Below, piece after piece: positions 31,042 to 41,480 of a stretch of DNA of 64,000 nt. This stretch comes from an uncultured delta proteobacterium (lineage in GTDB: Bacteria > Desulfobacterota > Binatia > HRBIN30 > BPIQ01): the NCBI GenBank assembly GCA_963761335.1, contig CAVXGR010000005.1, positions 96,001-160,000 of the forward strand, given 5' to 3'. The position numbers and the translations under genes were made by a program. Every line of letters starts with the position of its first letter. Position 1 is the stretch's first letter. The notes beneath the pieces were generated by a model, which searched no databases, had not been told where the DNA came from, and was given only the letters and a program-made list of their open reading frames with translations.

Positions 31042-31730
31042 CAGACGGACGGCGGGACCCGGTCCAGATGGCGGATGCTCTTCCCCTTCACCATGAAGAC
31101 CACCATCTCCGAGATGTTGGTGGCGTGGTCGGCGATTCGCTCGATGTACTTGGCAACGAACAGCAGGCGCAGGCCGCGGGTGACGGTTCGCGGATCCTCC
31201 ATCATGAACGACAGCAGCTCGCGGAAGAGCTGGCCGTTGAGGCCGTCGATGATGTCGTCGTCGCGGCAGACCTTGAGGGCCAGGTCGACGTCCTCGTGCA
31301 CGAAGGCCTCGAGGCTCTCGTGCAGCATCGTTTTGGCCACGTCCGCCATTCGCGGGATGTCGATGTACGGCTTGAGCTGCGGCTCCTCGTTCAGCTCCAG
31401 CACGCGTTCGCAGAGGTTGACGGCCATGTCGCCGATGCGCTCCAGATCGGTGGTGATCTTCAGCGCCGTGGTGATCAGGCGGAGGTCCCGCGCCGTCGGC
31501 TGGTGCAGGGCCAGCAGGCGGAGAGACAGCTCGTCGATGTCCACGTCGTGGCGGTTGACCGTGTGATCCTTCTCGATGGTGGCGCGCGCCACCGCGTCGT
31601 CACGGTTGACCAGCGCGGTGATGGCGTTGGCGATCTGCCTCTCCACCAGACCGCCCATCTCGAGAAGAGTGACGTGCAGCTGCTTGAGCTCGGCCTCGTA
31701 ATGTGGGTCACTGTGCTGCCGCGCCTCCAT
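31041..31730 (-). CDS. phoU: Phosphate signalling protein PhoU
   Basis: QPTARDLR, DLERIGD and ERIADHATNI. Confidence 0.96.
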   Translation of the reverse strand: MEARQHSDPHYEAELKQLHVTLLEMGGLVERQIANAITALVNRDDAVARATIEKDHTVNRHDVDIDELSLRLLALHQPTARDLRLITTALKITTDLERIGDMAVNLCERVLELNEEPQLKPYIDIPRMADVAKTMLHESLEAFVHEDVDLALKVCRDDDIIDGLNGQLFRELLSFMMEDPRTVTRGLRLLFVAKYIERIADHATNISEMVVFMVKGKSIRHLDRVPPSV

Positions 31731-31744
31731 CGTCGTCTACCTCC

Positions 31745-32500
31745 TCAGCCGAAACGGCCAGTGATGTAGTCCTCGGTCTCCTTCTTTTCCGGCGTCGTGA
31801 AGATCTTCTCCGTCGGTCCGAACTCGATCAGGCGGCCGAGATACATGAAGGCGGTGAAGTCGGAGACGCGCGCCGCCTGCTGCATGCTGTGGGTGACGAT
31901 GAGGATGGTGTAGCTGCGCTTCAGCTCGTGGATGAGCGCCTCGATCTTGGTGGTGGCGATCGGGTCGAGGGCCGAGCAGGGCTCGTCCATGAGCAGCACC
32001 TCCGGCTCGACCGCGAGCGCCCGGGCGATGCACAGGCGCTGCTGCTGGCCGCCGGAGAGGCTGACACCGGAGGCATCGAGGCTGTCCTTCACCTCGTCCC
32101 AGAGAGCCGCCTGGCGCAGGCTGCGCTCGATCAGCTCGGCCATCTCGCGCCGGCTCCGGCGCACGCCGTTCAGTCGCAGCCCGGCGGCGACGTTGTCGAA
32201 GATCGACATGGTGGGGAACGGATTGGGCTTCTGGAAGACCATGCCGACCTTGGACCGGACGCGCACCGCATCGACGCCGGGACCGTAGATGTCCTCGCCG
32301 TCGAGAAACACTTCCCCCGAGATTCGCGCCCCGGGGATGACCTCGTGCATGCGGTTGATGCAGCGGATCAGCGTCGATTTGCCGCAGCCGGACGGCCCGA
32401 TGATGGCGGTGACGGCGCCGTCGGGGATCTCGAGGCTCACGTCTTTCAGCGCCTGGCTCTTGCCAAACCAGGCGTTCAATCCGGCGACGGCGAGCTTCAT
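31745..32500 (-). CDS. pstB: Phosphate ABC ATP-binding protein
   Basis: [25 protein letters not shown] and YITGRFG. Confidence 0.97.
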   Translation of the reverse strand: MKLAVAGLNAWFGKSQALKDVSLEIPDGAVTAIIGPSGCGKSTLIRCINRMHEVIPGARISGEVFLDGEDIYGPGVDAVRVRSKVGMVFQKPNPFPTMSIFDNVAAGLRLNGVRRSRREMAELIERSLRQAALWDEVKDSLDASGVSLSGGQQQRLCIARALAVEPEVLLMDEPCSALDPIATTKIEALIHELKRSYTILIVTHSMQQAARVSDFTAFMYLGRLIEFGPTEKIFTTPEKKETEDYITGRFG

Positions 32501-32504
32501 CGGC

Positions 32505-33347
32505 TCAGCGCGGTACCGAGACGCGGCCGCGCGTCAGCACGCGCACCGACAAGCTGGTGACGAAGATCAGTGACAGCAGCACCAGAGCGCCGGCCCACGC
32601 CTGCCGGTGCCAGTCGTCGAAGGGCGAGATGGCGTAGGTATAGATCTGCACCGGAAGCGACGATATCGGCCCCTTCAGGCCGTGGTGCCAGAACTGGTTG
32701 CCGAAGGCGGTGAACAGCAGCGGCGCCGTCTCGCCGGCGACGCGAGCCACGGCGAGCATGATGCCGGTGATGATGCCGCCGCGAGCGGTGCGCAGCACCA
32801 CCCACAGCGTCGTTCGCCAGGCCGGCACCCCGAGAGCCAGAGACGCCTCGCGCAGAGAGGTCGGCACCAGGCGCACCATCTCCTCGGTGGTACGCGCCAC
32901 GATGGGCAGCATGATCACCGCCAAGGCGGCGCCGCCGGCGTATGCCGAGAAGCTCTTCATCGGCACCACCACCAGCGTGTAGGCGTAGATGCCGACGACG
33001 ATCGAGGGCACCCCGTTGAGAACGTCGGCACTGAAGCGCACCAGCCAGCCGGCGGGGCTCTGGCCGAACTCCGCGAGATAGACGCCGGTGAAGACGCCGA
33101 TCGGCAGGCCGATCAGACAGGCCAGCCCGATGAGGATCAGCGTGCCGACGATGGCGTTGGCCATGCCGCCGCCGACCTCGCCGACCGGCCGGGGCAGATG
33201 CATGAAGAAATCGAGGTTGATGGAGGTGATCCCCTTGCCGATGAGATTGCTGAAGATGAGGACGAGCGGTACGAGCACGGCAATGGTGCAGCCGATGGCC
33301 GCCACCTGGGCCGCAATGTTGACGATGTGTCGCCGGCGGTAGTTCAT
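32505..33347 (-). CDS. pstA: Phosphate ABC permease PstA
   Basis: [16 protein letters not shown] and GETAPLLFT. Confidence 0.95.
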   Translation of the reverse strand: MNYRRRHIVNIAAQVAAIGCTIAVLVPLVLIFSNLIGKGITSINLDFFMHLPRPVGEVGGGMANAIVGTLILIGLACLIGLPIGVFTGVYLAEFGQSPAGWLVRFSADVLNGVPSIVVGIYAYTLVVVPMKSFSAYAGGAALAVIMLPIVARTTEEMVRLVPTSLREASLALGVPAWRTTLWVVLRTARGGIITGIMLAVARVAGETAPLLFTAFGNQFWHHGLKGPISSLPVQIYTYAISPFDDWHRQAWAGALVLLSLIFVTSLSVRVLTRGRVSVPR

Positions 33348-33348
33348 T

Positions 33349-34347
33349 TCAGGCCCTCTGGCCGCCGGGTGCACTGGCCACGCTCCACACGAGAAGGCGT
33401 GCCAGCATGTTGACGACGATGGTGACCACCAGCAGCACCAGGCCGATCTCCACGAGTGCCTTGACGTACAGGTCGTAGGTGGCCTCGTTGAACTCGTTGG
33501 CGATGACGCTGGCCATGGTGCTCGCTGGGGCGAACAGCGATGCCGAGATGTCGGTGCGATTGCCGATCACCATGGTTACCGCCATGGTCTCGCCGATCGC
33601 CCGGCCGAGGCCGAGCATGATGGCGCCGATGATGCCGGTGCGCCCGAAGGGCAACACCGCCATGCGCACCATCTCCCACTTGGTCGCCCCCAGAGCCAAG
33701 GCCGCCTCGCGCTGCGCCGCCGGCACCGCCTGCAGCACCTCGTGGGCCACCGCGGTGACGTAGGGCACCACCATCACCGCGAGGATCATCGACGCGGTGA
33801 GCATGCCGACGCCGTAGTTGGCGCCCTGGAACAGCGGAATGAATCCGAGCGTCGATTTCAGCCCCGGGCCGATGTAGCTGCGCATCCACGGAACCAGCAC
33901 GAAGATGCCCCAGAGTCCGTAGATGACGCTGGGAATGGTGGCCAGCAGCTCGACCAGGAAGGAAACCGGCGCGCGCAGCCAGTTCGGCGCCATCTCGCTC
34001 AGGAAGAGCGCCGTGCCGACGCTCAGCGGCACCGCTTGTAGCAGCGCCAGAAAGGAGGAGACCAGCGTGCCCCAGATGAAGGGCAGGGCGCCGAACTCCT
34101 TGGCGACCGGATCCCAGGTCGAGTGGAAGAGAAAGCCCCAGCCGAAGGTGACGATCGAGTCCCAGCTCTCGTAGGTCAGAACCGCAAAGATCGAGAGAAG
34201 GACCGAGACGAGAACGGCGGCGAAGCTCGCCGTCATCCGGCGAAAAGCCCAGTCGCCGAAATTGACGTGCCGGCGGATCCGAATCGCGCCGGCACGCTCC
34301 ACCGGAAAGTCCAGTGGCACGCTCTCGTGCTTCACGCCGTTCGCCAT
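33349..34347 (-). CDS. pstC: Phosphate ABC permease PstC
   Basis: IPSVIYGLWG and GRAIGETMAVTMVIGN. Confidence 0.95.
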   Translation of the reverse strand: MANGVKHESVPLDFPVERAGAIRIRRHVNFGDWAFRRMTASFAAVLVSVLLSIFAVLTYESWDSIVTFGWGFLFHSTWDPVAKEFGALPFIWGTLVSSFLALLQAVPLSVGTALFLSEMAPNWLRAPVSFLVELLATIPSVIYGLWGIFVLVPWMRSYIGPGLKSTLGFIPLFQGANYGVGMLTASMILAVMVVPYVTAVAHEVLQAVPAAQREAALALGATKWEMVRMAVLPFGRTGIIGAIMLGLGRAIGETMAVTMVIGNRTDISASLFAPASTMASVIANEFNEATYDLYVKALVEIGLVLLVVTIVVNMLARLLVWSVASAPGGQRA

Positions 34348-34382
34348 TCACCACCTGTACGCGCCCGACCGGCCGCCATCAA

Positions 34383-34430
34383 CGGACATTGCCATGACCA
34401 ATAGCAATTAAGTGTTACAAGTTGATGACA
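34383..34430 (-). promoter_or_regulatory. Pho-box-like direct repeats upstream of pstC
   Basis: Minus strand TGTCAT-N5-TGTAAC (11-nt period), then GGTCAT-N5-TGTC, in an AT-rich patch. Confidence 0.7.
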
Positions 34431-34455
34431 AGCCGGCCGGCGACGCGGGTCGATT

Positions 34456-35502
34456 CTACAACAGCGGCTTGCCGTCCTCGGTGGTGATCTCGTGGAGGGC
34501 GGCCTTCTCCTTGGTGACGACCTGCGGAGGCAGCGGCGCATAGTGGAGCTCGGGCGCGTACTTCTGTCCCTCGTCGAGCATCCACTGCAGAAATTGTACC
34601 ATCTTCTTGCCCTTCTCTGCGTTCTTCTGCTTCTGGTACACCAGCAGCCAGGTCATTCCCGAGATTGGGTAGGCTTTGGCGCCCGGCGAATCGGTGATGG
34701 AAACGCGGAAGTCCTCGGGCATGTTTCCGGCGACGCCCGCGGCGGCACTGGTCACCGATTCCAGCGAAGGGGTGATGAAATTGCCGTCGTGGTTCTTCAC
34801 GTCGGCGACCGGCAGCTCGTTGCTGATCGCGTAGATGAGCTCGACGTAGCCGATGGCGTCGGGGGTCTGCTTGACCAGACCGGTGACCCCCTCGTTTCCC
34901 TTGCCGCCGAGACCCGCGGGCCAGTTGACCGAGGTGCCGCGCCCGACCTTCTTCTCCCACGCCGGGCTGACCTTGCTCAGGTAGTCGGTGAAGATGTAGG
35001 AGGTGCCGCTGCCGTCGGAGCGGTGGACGACGACGATGTCGTTTGACGGAAGGGTGACGCCCGGGTTCGCCTCGGCGATGGACTTGTCGTTCCACTTGGT
35101 GATCTTGCCGAGATAGATTCCGGCGATCGCCTCCGGCGTGAGCTTGAGGCCGGTCTTCACACCGGAGAGGTTGTAGGTCAGCACCACGGCGCCCATCACC
35201 GTGGGAAAGTGCATGATGTGTCCGGGGGCCGCCTTCAGCTGCTCCTCGGTCATCGGGCCGTCGGAGGCGCCGAAATCCACCGTGCCCTCGGTGATCTGGC
35301 GGATGCCGCCGCCGCTGCCGATCGACTGGTAGTTGAAGCGCACCGAGGGGTCGACCTTGGTGTAGACGTCGAACCACTTCGAGTAGATGGGGTACGGGAA
35401 GGTCGCTCCCGCGCCGTTGAGCTGCATCTGGGCGCCCGCCTGCGGCGCCAGGGACATGGCGGTCAGTGCCGCCAGGGCGGTCATCCACAATCGCGTTCTC
35501 AT
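34456..35502 (-). CDS. pstS: Phosphate-binding protein PstS
   Basis: GAGATFP, YQSIGSGGG, DFGASD and RSDGSGT. Confidence 0.97.
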   Translation of the reverse strand: MRTRLWMTALAALTAMSLAPQAGAQMQLNGAGATFPYPIYSKWFDVYTKVDPSVRFNYQSIGSGGGIRQITEGTVDFGASDGPMTEEQLKAAPGHIMHFPTVMGAVVLTYNLSGVKTGLKLTPEAIAGIYLGKITKWNDKSIAEANPGVTLPSNDIVVVHRSDGSGTSYIFTDYLSKVSPAWEKKVGRGTSVNWPAGLGGKGNEGVTGLVKQTPDAIGYVELIYAISNELPVADVKNHDGNFITPSLESVTSAAAGVAGNMPEDFRVSITDSPGAKAYPISGMTWLLVYQKQKNAEKGKKMVQFLQWMLDEGQKYAPELHYAPLPPQVVTKEKAALHEITTEDGKPLL

Positions 35503-35533
35503 CGCTTCCTCCTTCTCTCTGATCTTCTGCTCG

Positions 35534-36937
35534 TCAGAACTTCAGCACTGCGTCCACCTGCAGGCGGACGAGAGTGGGATTGCCGCTGAGCGTCGCGGGG
35601 CTGAAGCTGTCCATCGCGGCGAGGCGGTCGAGCGCATTGATGAACTCCGTCTTTGCCGTCAGCTGCAGGTTCTGGAGAAGCTCGTAGTCGGCGCGCACGA
35701 TGTGCGCCGAGACGTTGGTGCTGCCCTTCTGCGATCCCGAGGCTTCCATGTAGTCGATGTCGCTGTAGCTGAACAGCGACAGGACGGCGTCCTGCTCGAC
35801 CCACGCATAGGTGTAGGACACGCCCCAGTCGCCTTTGTTCTTCAGCCCGTCGTGATAGTAGTCCTTCCCGGCGCTGCCGATGCCGGCGCCGACGTAGAAT
35901 CCGACATTGCGGCCGTCCGCCTGGGTATTGTAGGCAACCTCCCCGAATACGCCACCCGGGACGCCGAGTCCGATCGGGTTGCTGAAGTTCAGCTCGCTGC
36001 CGCCGTTGACGATGTTGTACCGCGACAGGTAGCCGGTGACCTTGCCGCTCGCGTCTCGCGCAGCGCGGTTGCTGGTGGTCAGCTGGCCGTTGGGGCTGGT
36101 GCCCCCGGGCAGAAACTTCTTGGCAACGGAGTCGAGGTCTTCGTAGTGGAAGTCGGCGAACGCCAGGGTCAGGTTGGCGACGCTGCCGAAAGCCGTGTCG
36201 GCGACGACTTGGCCGCCGAACATCCACGGGTCGCGGGCCGCGGAGATCTCGTCGATCACCCACTGGAAGGCGTTGAGCTTGAGACCGCGCAGAAAGCCAT
36301 CGCGTGTCGAGTAGGCGTTGACCGTCTCGGTGGCGCCCTCCGGCGAGAGGTCGTCATCCCAGAGGAGCTCCGAGGCGCGGTAGGCGTTGACGCCGAACTT
36401 ACCGGCGGTGACCACGATCATGCCGGGCTCCATGTTGAACGTCTCTCCCGGACTCAGGGTCAGGTATGCCTGGTCGAGGTTGACCGGCTTGCGCGTGAAG
36501 GTCCGCTCGAAGGTCTGATTGGTCGAAATGGGATCGTCCGCGTTGCCGGTGGCCAGCCGCACCGTGCCGGAGATCTCGTCGCTGATCTTGCTGGTCAGGC
36601 CGATTCGAGCGCGAATGCGGAAGCGGCTGCGGGCGTTCACGCCGTCCACGTAGAAGCCCTCGTAACGGGTGCGCGCGTCGCCGAACAGGCTGATGTGATC
36701 GAGCCACTTCGGCAGCTTCGCAAGGATGGCGTCGGTTCGCGATTCCTGAACCGCGGACTTCTGCTTTTCCTCCTCGCGGGCCTGCTGCAGCTCATCCGAT
36801 GTGATGATCCCCTTCCTCAGCAGGATGTCGCCCAGGTCCTTTGCCATTGCCGCGGTGCTCCCCAGACCGACGGTGGCGGCGGTCAGCAGGCATACGGTGG
36901 CGCACTTCAGCTTCCCTCTTGGTCCTCGGTGTCCCAT
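35534..36937 (-). CDS. Putative outer-membrane porin of the phosphate operon
   Basis: Signal peptide, LLRKGIIT, RFRIRARIG, RLATGN...PISTNQT, C-terminal Phe. Confidence 0.75.
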   Translation of the reverse strand: MGHRGPRGKLKCATVCLLTAATVGLGSTAAMAKDLGDILLRKGIITSDELQQAREEEKQKSAVQESRTDAILAKLPKWLDHISLFGDARTRYEGFYVDGVNARSRFRIRARIGLTSKISDEISGTVRLATGNADDPISTNQTFERTFTRKPVNLDQAYLTLSPGETFNMEPGMIVVTAGKFGVNAYRASELLWDDDLSPEGATETVNAYSTRDGFLRGLKLNAFQWVIDEISAARDPWMFGGQVVADTAFGSVANLTLAFADFHYEDLDSVAKKFLPGGTSPNGQLTTSNRAARDASGKVTGYLSRYNIVNGGSELNFSNPIGLGVPGGVFGEVAYNTQADGRNVGFYVGAGIGSAGKDYYHDGLKNKGDWGVSYTYAWVEQDAVLSLFSYSDIDYMEASGSQKGSTNVSAHIVRADYELLQNLQLTAKTEFINALDRLAAMDSFSPATLSGNPTLVRLQVDAVLKF

Positions 36938-37006
36938 GATTTGCCCCCAGCTAGTGTTTTTTGGCGGCGGATTTGCCGCAGGTGGGCGTAAGCTACCTTC
37001 CGGATT

Positions 37007-37034
37007 GTTACGGGGGCGTTTCGGCGGGATTACG
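37007..37034 (-). promoter_or_regulatory. Pho-box-like triple direct repeat upstream of the porin
   Basis: Minus strand CGTAAT / CGAAAC / CGTAAC at exact 11-nt spacing. Confidence 0.5.
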
Positions 37035-37306
37035 TTTCGAAAAAGCGACGCCCGGGGGGCGGGGGAACGGCCCTTGTGCCTGGAGCCTCGCACTGCTATA
37101 CAGTCGAGCTACTGGTTGTTTGGCGCGAGTACCAGCGCGAGTTACAAGACGCTTCCCGCTCACACACTCAGGCGTAACGGCGATGGCAATGGTGCCCTCG
37201 GTCGTGAGGTGCAGATCGAATTTCGGGCTGTACCGGAGTCCAGGAACGCGGACTCGACTACAACGCGGTCGCCCCGGCGACCCTGACGAGGAGTGAGTGA
37301 ATCACA

Positions 37307-37621
37307 ATGGGACGGAAGCTGTACGTCGGCAACCTGTCGTTCGACGTAACCAACAAGGATCTGGAAGAGCTGTTCGCGCAGGCGGGTGCCTGTGAATCGG
37401 CCGCGGTGATCACCGACCGCGGCACTGGCCAGTCGCGCGGCTTCGGCTTCGTGGAGATGGGCTCCAACGGCGACGCGCAGAAGGCCATTCAGCAGTTCGA
37501 CGGCCACGAGCTGAAGGGCCGCGCCATCAAGGTGAACGAGGCGCGCGAGCGCGAGAACACCCGTGGTGGCGGCGGCGGCGGTGGTGGCGGCGGCGGACGC
37601 GGCGGCTGGAACCGCCGCTGA
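37307..37621 (+). CDS. RRM RNA-binding protein with Gly-rich tail
   Basis: RNP2 LYVGNL, RNP1 RGFGFVEM, poly-Gly C-terminus. Confidence 0.95.
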   Translation: MGRKLYVGNLSFDVTNKDLEELFAQAGACESAAVITDRGTGQSRGFGFVEMGSNGDAQKAIQQFDGHELKGRAIKVNEARERENTRGGGGGGGGGGGRGGWNRR

Positions 37622-37748
37622 GCCTTTCTGCCGGCCTGCTTCGACGATTCGCCGGGCCCCGGCCCGGCGGTCGTCGGCCGGAGGCCTCTTCCGATCGTGG
37701 TCTGCCCGCCACGGCAGGGGTGTACCGCCGGCGCGGCCGTGATCGATC

Positions 37749-38162
37749 ATGAGCGATTCTTCCACTCGCGCTCACCTGCGCCGCCAGCTTGGGGCGCACC
37801 TCACCGAGCTCGGATACTCGAGCGTTCGCTCGCGGCCGATGGCGGCGCCGGTCCCGGAGATGGTGCGCGTCAGCCCGATTCGCGGGCGTATCGCCTACGG
37901 CGAGACGGTGCTGGAAAGCGACCTTCGGAGCCGCCGCTGCCACGAGCGCCTGGTGGTGTTCTCGCAGCGGCGAACCCGGCATCGCAGCTCGATTCTGTTC
38001 TTCATCGGTGTCGCCGAGGAGCATCGAGAAGAGCTCGAGGCGCTACTGCAGCAGCTGTCGATTCGCAGTGCCTCCCGCGGCGGCCACATCCACGTGGTGC
38101 CGATCGCCGTTCCGCAGCCGGCGCGTCGCCGTAAGACGGCCCCGCGCGGGCAGTGCGCCTAG
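37749..38162 (+). CDS. Hypothetical protein
   Basis: Fills the gap between co-oriented genes; protein-like composition; no motif recognised. Confidence 0.55.
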   Translation: MSDSSTRAHLRRQLGAHLTELGYSSVRSRPMAAPVPEMVRVSPIRGRIAYGETVLESDLRSRRCHERLVVFSQRRTRHRSSILFFIGVAEEHREELEALLQQLSIRSASRGGHIHVVPIAVPQPARRRKTAPRGQCA

Positions 38163-38273
38163 GGCAAGAACCCATCGACAATCGTGCGCACCACGCGGCC
38201 AGGGACGACCGACCGCCTTCCACCTCCACATCTTTTCATCCACCACAACCTCCACTAGAAGGAATTTGACTAA

Positions 38274-39401
38274 GTGAAATCTACAGATAAGACATTCGAA
38301 CAATTTTCGCTCTCCTCGCCCATGCGGGCCGCCCTCGAGGCCGCCGGCTATCGCGTCCCGACGCCGATTCAGTCGGGTACCATCGCCGCCGCGCTCGAGG
38401 GGCGCGACGTCATCGGCACGGCGCAGACGGGTACCGGCAAGACCGCGGCCTTTCTCGTTCCCTTGATCGAGCGGCTGCGCACCGCCGACGGCGCGCGCAC
38501 CGCCTTGGTGCTGGCGCCGACGCGCGAGCTCGCCGAGCAGATCCACGGCTGGGCGCAACGACTGGGCTCGGGCCTGCGCACCGCGCTGGTGGTCGGCGGC
38601 GTCGCCTATGGGCCGCAGATGGCGGCGCTGCGCCGGCGGCCGTCTCTGGTGATCGCCACGCCGGGACGCCTCGTCGATCATCTCGAGCGCGGCACCATCT
38701 CGCTGCAGGCGGTGACCATCCTGGTGCTCGACGAGGCGGATCGCATGCTCGACATGGGCTTCAAGCCACAGCTCGACCGCATCATGCGCGCCCTGCCGCC
38801 ACAGCGGCAGACGCTGCTGTTCTCTGCGACTCTGGCGGGCGATCTCGGCGCTCTGGCACGCATGCATCTGCACAACCCCGTGTACGTCGCCGTCGGACCT
38901 CAGGCCGCGCCGCCGCCGCGCGCCACCCAGGACGTGTACCTCGTCGAGAACCAGCACAAGGCGCCGCTGCTGCTGTCGCTCATCGAGCGCGATGCGGGAA
39001 CGGTGCTGGTGTTTACGCGCACCCGTCACCGCACCGAACGGCTGGCGCGCACCGTGCGCCGAGCGGGCCACGCGGTGCAGAGCCTGCACTCCGACCGCTC
39101 GCAGTCGCAGCGCCGCGAGGCTCTGGAAGGCTTTCGCTCCGGCCGCTATCGCATCCTGATCGCCACCGACATCGCCGCCCGCGGCATCGACGTCGCCAAC
39201 ATTCGCCGCGTCATCAACTACGACCTGCCCCACACCGTCGACGACTACATCCATCGCGTCGGCCGCACGGCGCGAGCCGAGACCGATGGGCACGCCTCCA
39301 GCTTTGCGGCGCCGGAGGAGAGAGCCCAGCTGCGCGCCATCGAGCGCCACCTCGGCGGCTCGCTCTCGAAGCTCGCATGGACGGCACGCCCTTCGATCTG
39401 A
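38274..39401 (+). CDS. DEAD-box RNA helicase (RhlE-like)
   Basis: Q motif, AQTGTGKT, PTRELA, TPGR, DEAD, SAT, ARGID and HRVGRTAR. Confidence 0.95.
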   Translation: MKSTDKTFEQFSLSSPMRAALEAAGYRVPTPIQSGTIAAALEGRDVIGTAQTGTGKTAAFLVPLIERLRTADGARTALVLAPTRELAEQIHGWAQRLGSGLRTALVVGGVAYGPQMAALRRRPSLVIATPGRLVDHLERGTISLQAVTILVLDEADRMLDMGFKPQLDRIMRALPPQRQTLLFSATLAGDLGALARMHLHNPVYVAVGPQAAPPPRATQDVYLVENQHKAPLLLSLIERDAGTVLVFTRTRHRTERLARTVRRAGHAVQSLHSDRSQSQRREALEGFRSGRYRILIATDIAARGIDVANIRRVINYDLPHTVDDYIHRVGRTARAETDGHASSFAAPEERAQLRAIERHLGGSLSKLAWTARPSI

Positions 39402-40129
39402 CGAACAAGGTTGCCCTGATCACCGGCGGCAGTCGCGGCCTCGGCCGGGAGATGGCCTCGGCCTTCGCCCGCGCGGGCGCCGACGTGGTGATCGCCAGTC
39501 GCCGCCTCGACACCTGTCAGGCGGCGGCGCGGGAGGTGGAAGAGCTCGGTCGCCGGGCTCTTCCCGTCGCCTGTCACGTCGGCGACTGGAAGGCGCTCGA
39601 GGGCCTGGCCGACGCGGCCTACGACCGTTTCGGCAGGATCGACGTGCTGGTGAACAACGCCGGCATGTCACCTCTCTATCCCTCGCTTGCCGAGGTCAGC
39701 GAGGCGCTGTGGGACAAGGTCATCGCCGTCAACTTGAAAGGTCCGTTTCGCCTTTCCGCCCTGATCGGCACACGCATGGCCCAGGGCGAGGGCGGCGCCA
39801 TCATCAACGTGAGCAGCATCGCCGCTATCCGCCCGACGCCGCTGGAGACGCCGTACGCGGCGGCGAAGGCCGGGCTCAATGCCATCACCGTCGCCTTCGC
39901 GCACGCCTTTGGCCCCAAGGTGCGCGTCAACGCCATCCAGGCCGGACCGTTCCTCACCGACATCTCGAAGGCGTGGCCCGAGGCGGCCCTGCGGCAGATC
40001 GAGGCCACCTCGGCGCTGCACCGCGCCGGCCGCCCGAACGAGATCGTCGGCGCGGCTCTCTATTTCGCCTCCGACGCCTCCAGCTTCACCACCGGCGCCG
40101 TCCTCCGCGTCGACGGCGGCCGCCCGTAA
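39377..40129 (+). CDS. Classical SDR oxidoreductase
   Basis: TGGSRGLG, NNAG and YAAAK. Confidence 0.92.
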   Translation: MDGTPFDLTNKVALITGGSRGLGREMASAFARAGADVVIASRRLDTCQAAAREVEELGRRALPVACHVGDWKALEGLADAAYDRFGRIDVLVNNAGMSPLYPSLAEVSEALWDKVIAVNLKGPFRLSALIGTRMAQGEGGAIINVSSIAAIRPTPLETPYAAAKAGLNAITVAFAHAFGPKVRVNAIQAGPFLTDISKAWPEAALRQIEATSALHRAGRPNEIVGAALYFASDASSFTTGAVLRVDGGRP

Positions 40130-40182
40130 GGCAGGGCCGAGGCTCCCGCGGAGCCTTCATCCTGGGTTTCCGTCATTCCCTG

Positions 40183-40311
40183 TTCTCATTCCCGGTTCTC
40201 GTTCCGTCGTTTTCCATTGCTCTACCTGCCGCGTGAGATCGGTCAGTCTGCAGGTTACTCGTGGCTGTCAGAGCGAATGGAAGACGACGGGACGAGAACC
40301 GGGAATGAGAA
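40183..40311. repeat. ~130-bp long-stem hairpin element (family 4)
   Basis: 36-bp terminal inverted repeat (34/36 matches); second copy at 56608. Confidence 0.88.
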
Positions 40312-40338
40312 TGAAAATGTGGAGGGATCCCTTTTGCC

Positions 40339-41319
40339 TCACTCCCCCAGGTCGCGAAACGCGAAGCTCTGCTTGACGCCGGCGAATGGCTTGCCGTCGA
40401 CCTCGACGTACGGATAGACGAAATAGTTCGCCGGCGATCCGGCCGCGGCCGGCTCCAGGATGATGTCGCGGCCGAGGCTCAGGCGCACGCGGTTGGCGTC
40501 GATGCCGCCGAAGAAGTAATCGCGCTTCGCCGGATTCTTGCTGGCCTCCGAGCTGTCCACCGGCACCCAGCCGAGACCCTCGAGATAGAAGGCCGCCCAG
40601 CAGTGATAGCCGCCGATGGCGCCTGCTCGCTTGTCGTCGGGTACCGGCAGGCCGATCTCGAACTTGGCCGGGATTCCCACCGAGCGCGCCATGCCGATCA
40701 GCAGGGAGTGATAGTCGGTGCAGTTTCCGCGCTTGTGGTCGCAGGCCCACACCGCGTCGCCGCGACCCCAGCCGCTGCCGCTCTTGTCGTAGTGCAGGTG
40801 CGTGGTGACGTAGTCGTAGATCGCCCGCGCCTTGTCGATGTCGGTGGTGTGTCCGGCGGTCGCTTGCTTGGCCACGTCGGCGATAACGCCGGACAGCGGC
40901 ACCAGGTGGTCCGGCTGGCGAAAGCGGTACAACAGGCGCGGATTCTCCGAATCCGCGCGCGGGTCGCGCGGCCCGCCCGGGCGGTTGACGTACTCGCGGC
41001 GGTGGACGTCGAATCTCATCGAGATGCGCACCTCGCCGCCCGCCGGCGGCGGCCCCTCGAGATAGAGGATGCTGTTGCCGTACTCGGGATCCTTCGCCAG
41101 CCGATACCGATAGGGAGCCTCGACGGATATCTTCTCGATCGTCTGCCAGGCGTCCGACGGCGGCTCGGGGATCCATATCCGCACCGTCTTCGCGTCCGCC
41201 GGAATGGCGGAGATGACCGCGTCGTATTGGATCTGAAAGCGGCGGGTGTGCGCAGGCGAAGCCGCAAACGCCGTTGCGGCCCAGGCGAGAGTGATGACGG
41301 CGATGGTCCACGTCTTCAT
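40339..41319 (-). CDS. Secreted transglutaminase-like domain protein
   Basis: Signal peptide; Cys-His-Asp triad motifs GNCTDYH, YHCWA and WVPVD. Confidence 0.9.
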   Translation of the reverse strand: MKTWTIAVITLAWAATAFAASPAHTRRFQIQYDAVISAIPADAKTVRIWIPEPPSDAWQTIEKISVEAPYRYRLAKDPEYGNSILYLEGPPPAGGEVRISMRFDVHRREYVNRPGGPRDPRADSENPRLLYRFRQPDHLVPLSGVIADVAKQATAGHTTDIDKARAIYDYVTTHLHYDKSGSGWGRGDAVWACDHKRGNCTDYHSLLIGMARSVGIPAKFEIGLPVPDDKRAGAIGGYHCWAAFYLEGLGWVPVDSSEASKNPAKRDYFFGGIDANRVRLSLGRDIILEPAAAGSPANYFVYPYVEVDGKPFAGVKQSFAFRDLGE

Positions 41320-41480
41320 GAGATCTCCTCGTTGTCGGACAGGCTCCTGTTCGGGCGATGTAAAGCCCGGGCGAAGTCAGCTGAGTCGCGGCACTCGCTC
41401 TGTCGCTTCGGCGCTCGCCGGGGGCTGAAACGCTGCACCCCTCAACGCAGGCCCGCGCCCGTGATCATCGCCGGGGTTTC

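Noticed and set aside
37140..37306. Riboswitch upstream of the RRM gene
   Set aside because: Hairpins are present, but I could not match any known aptamer consensus by eye; an Rfam/Infernal scan is needed.
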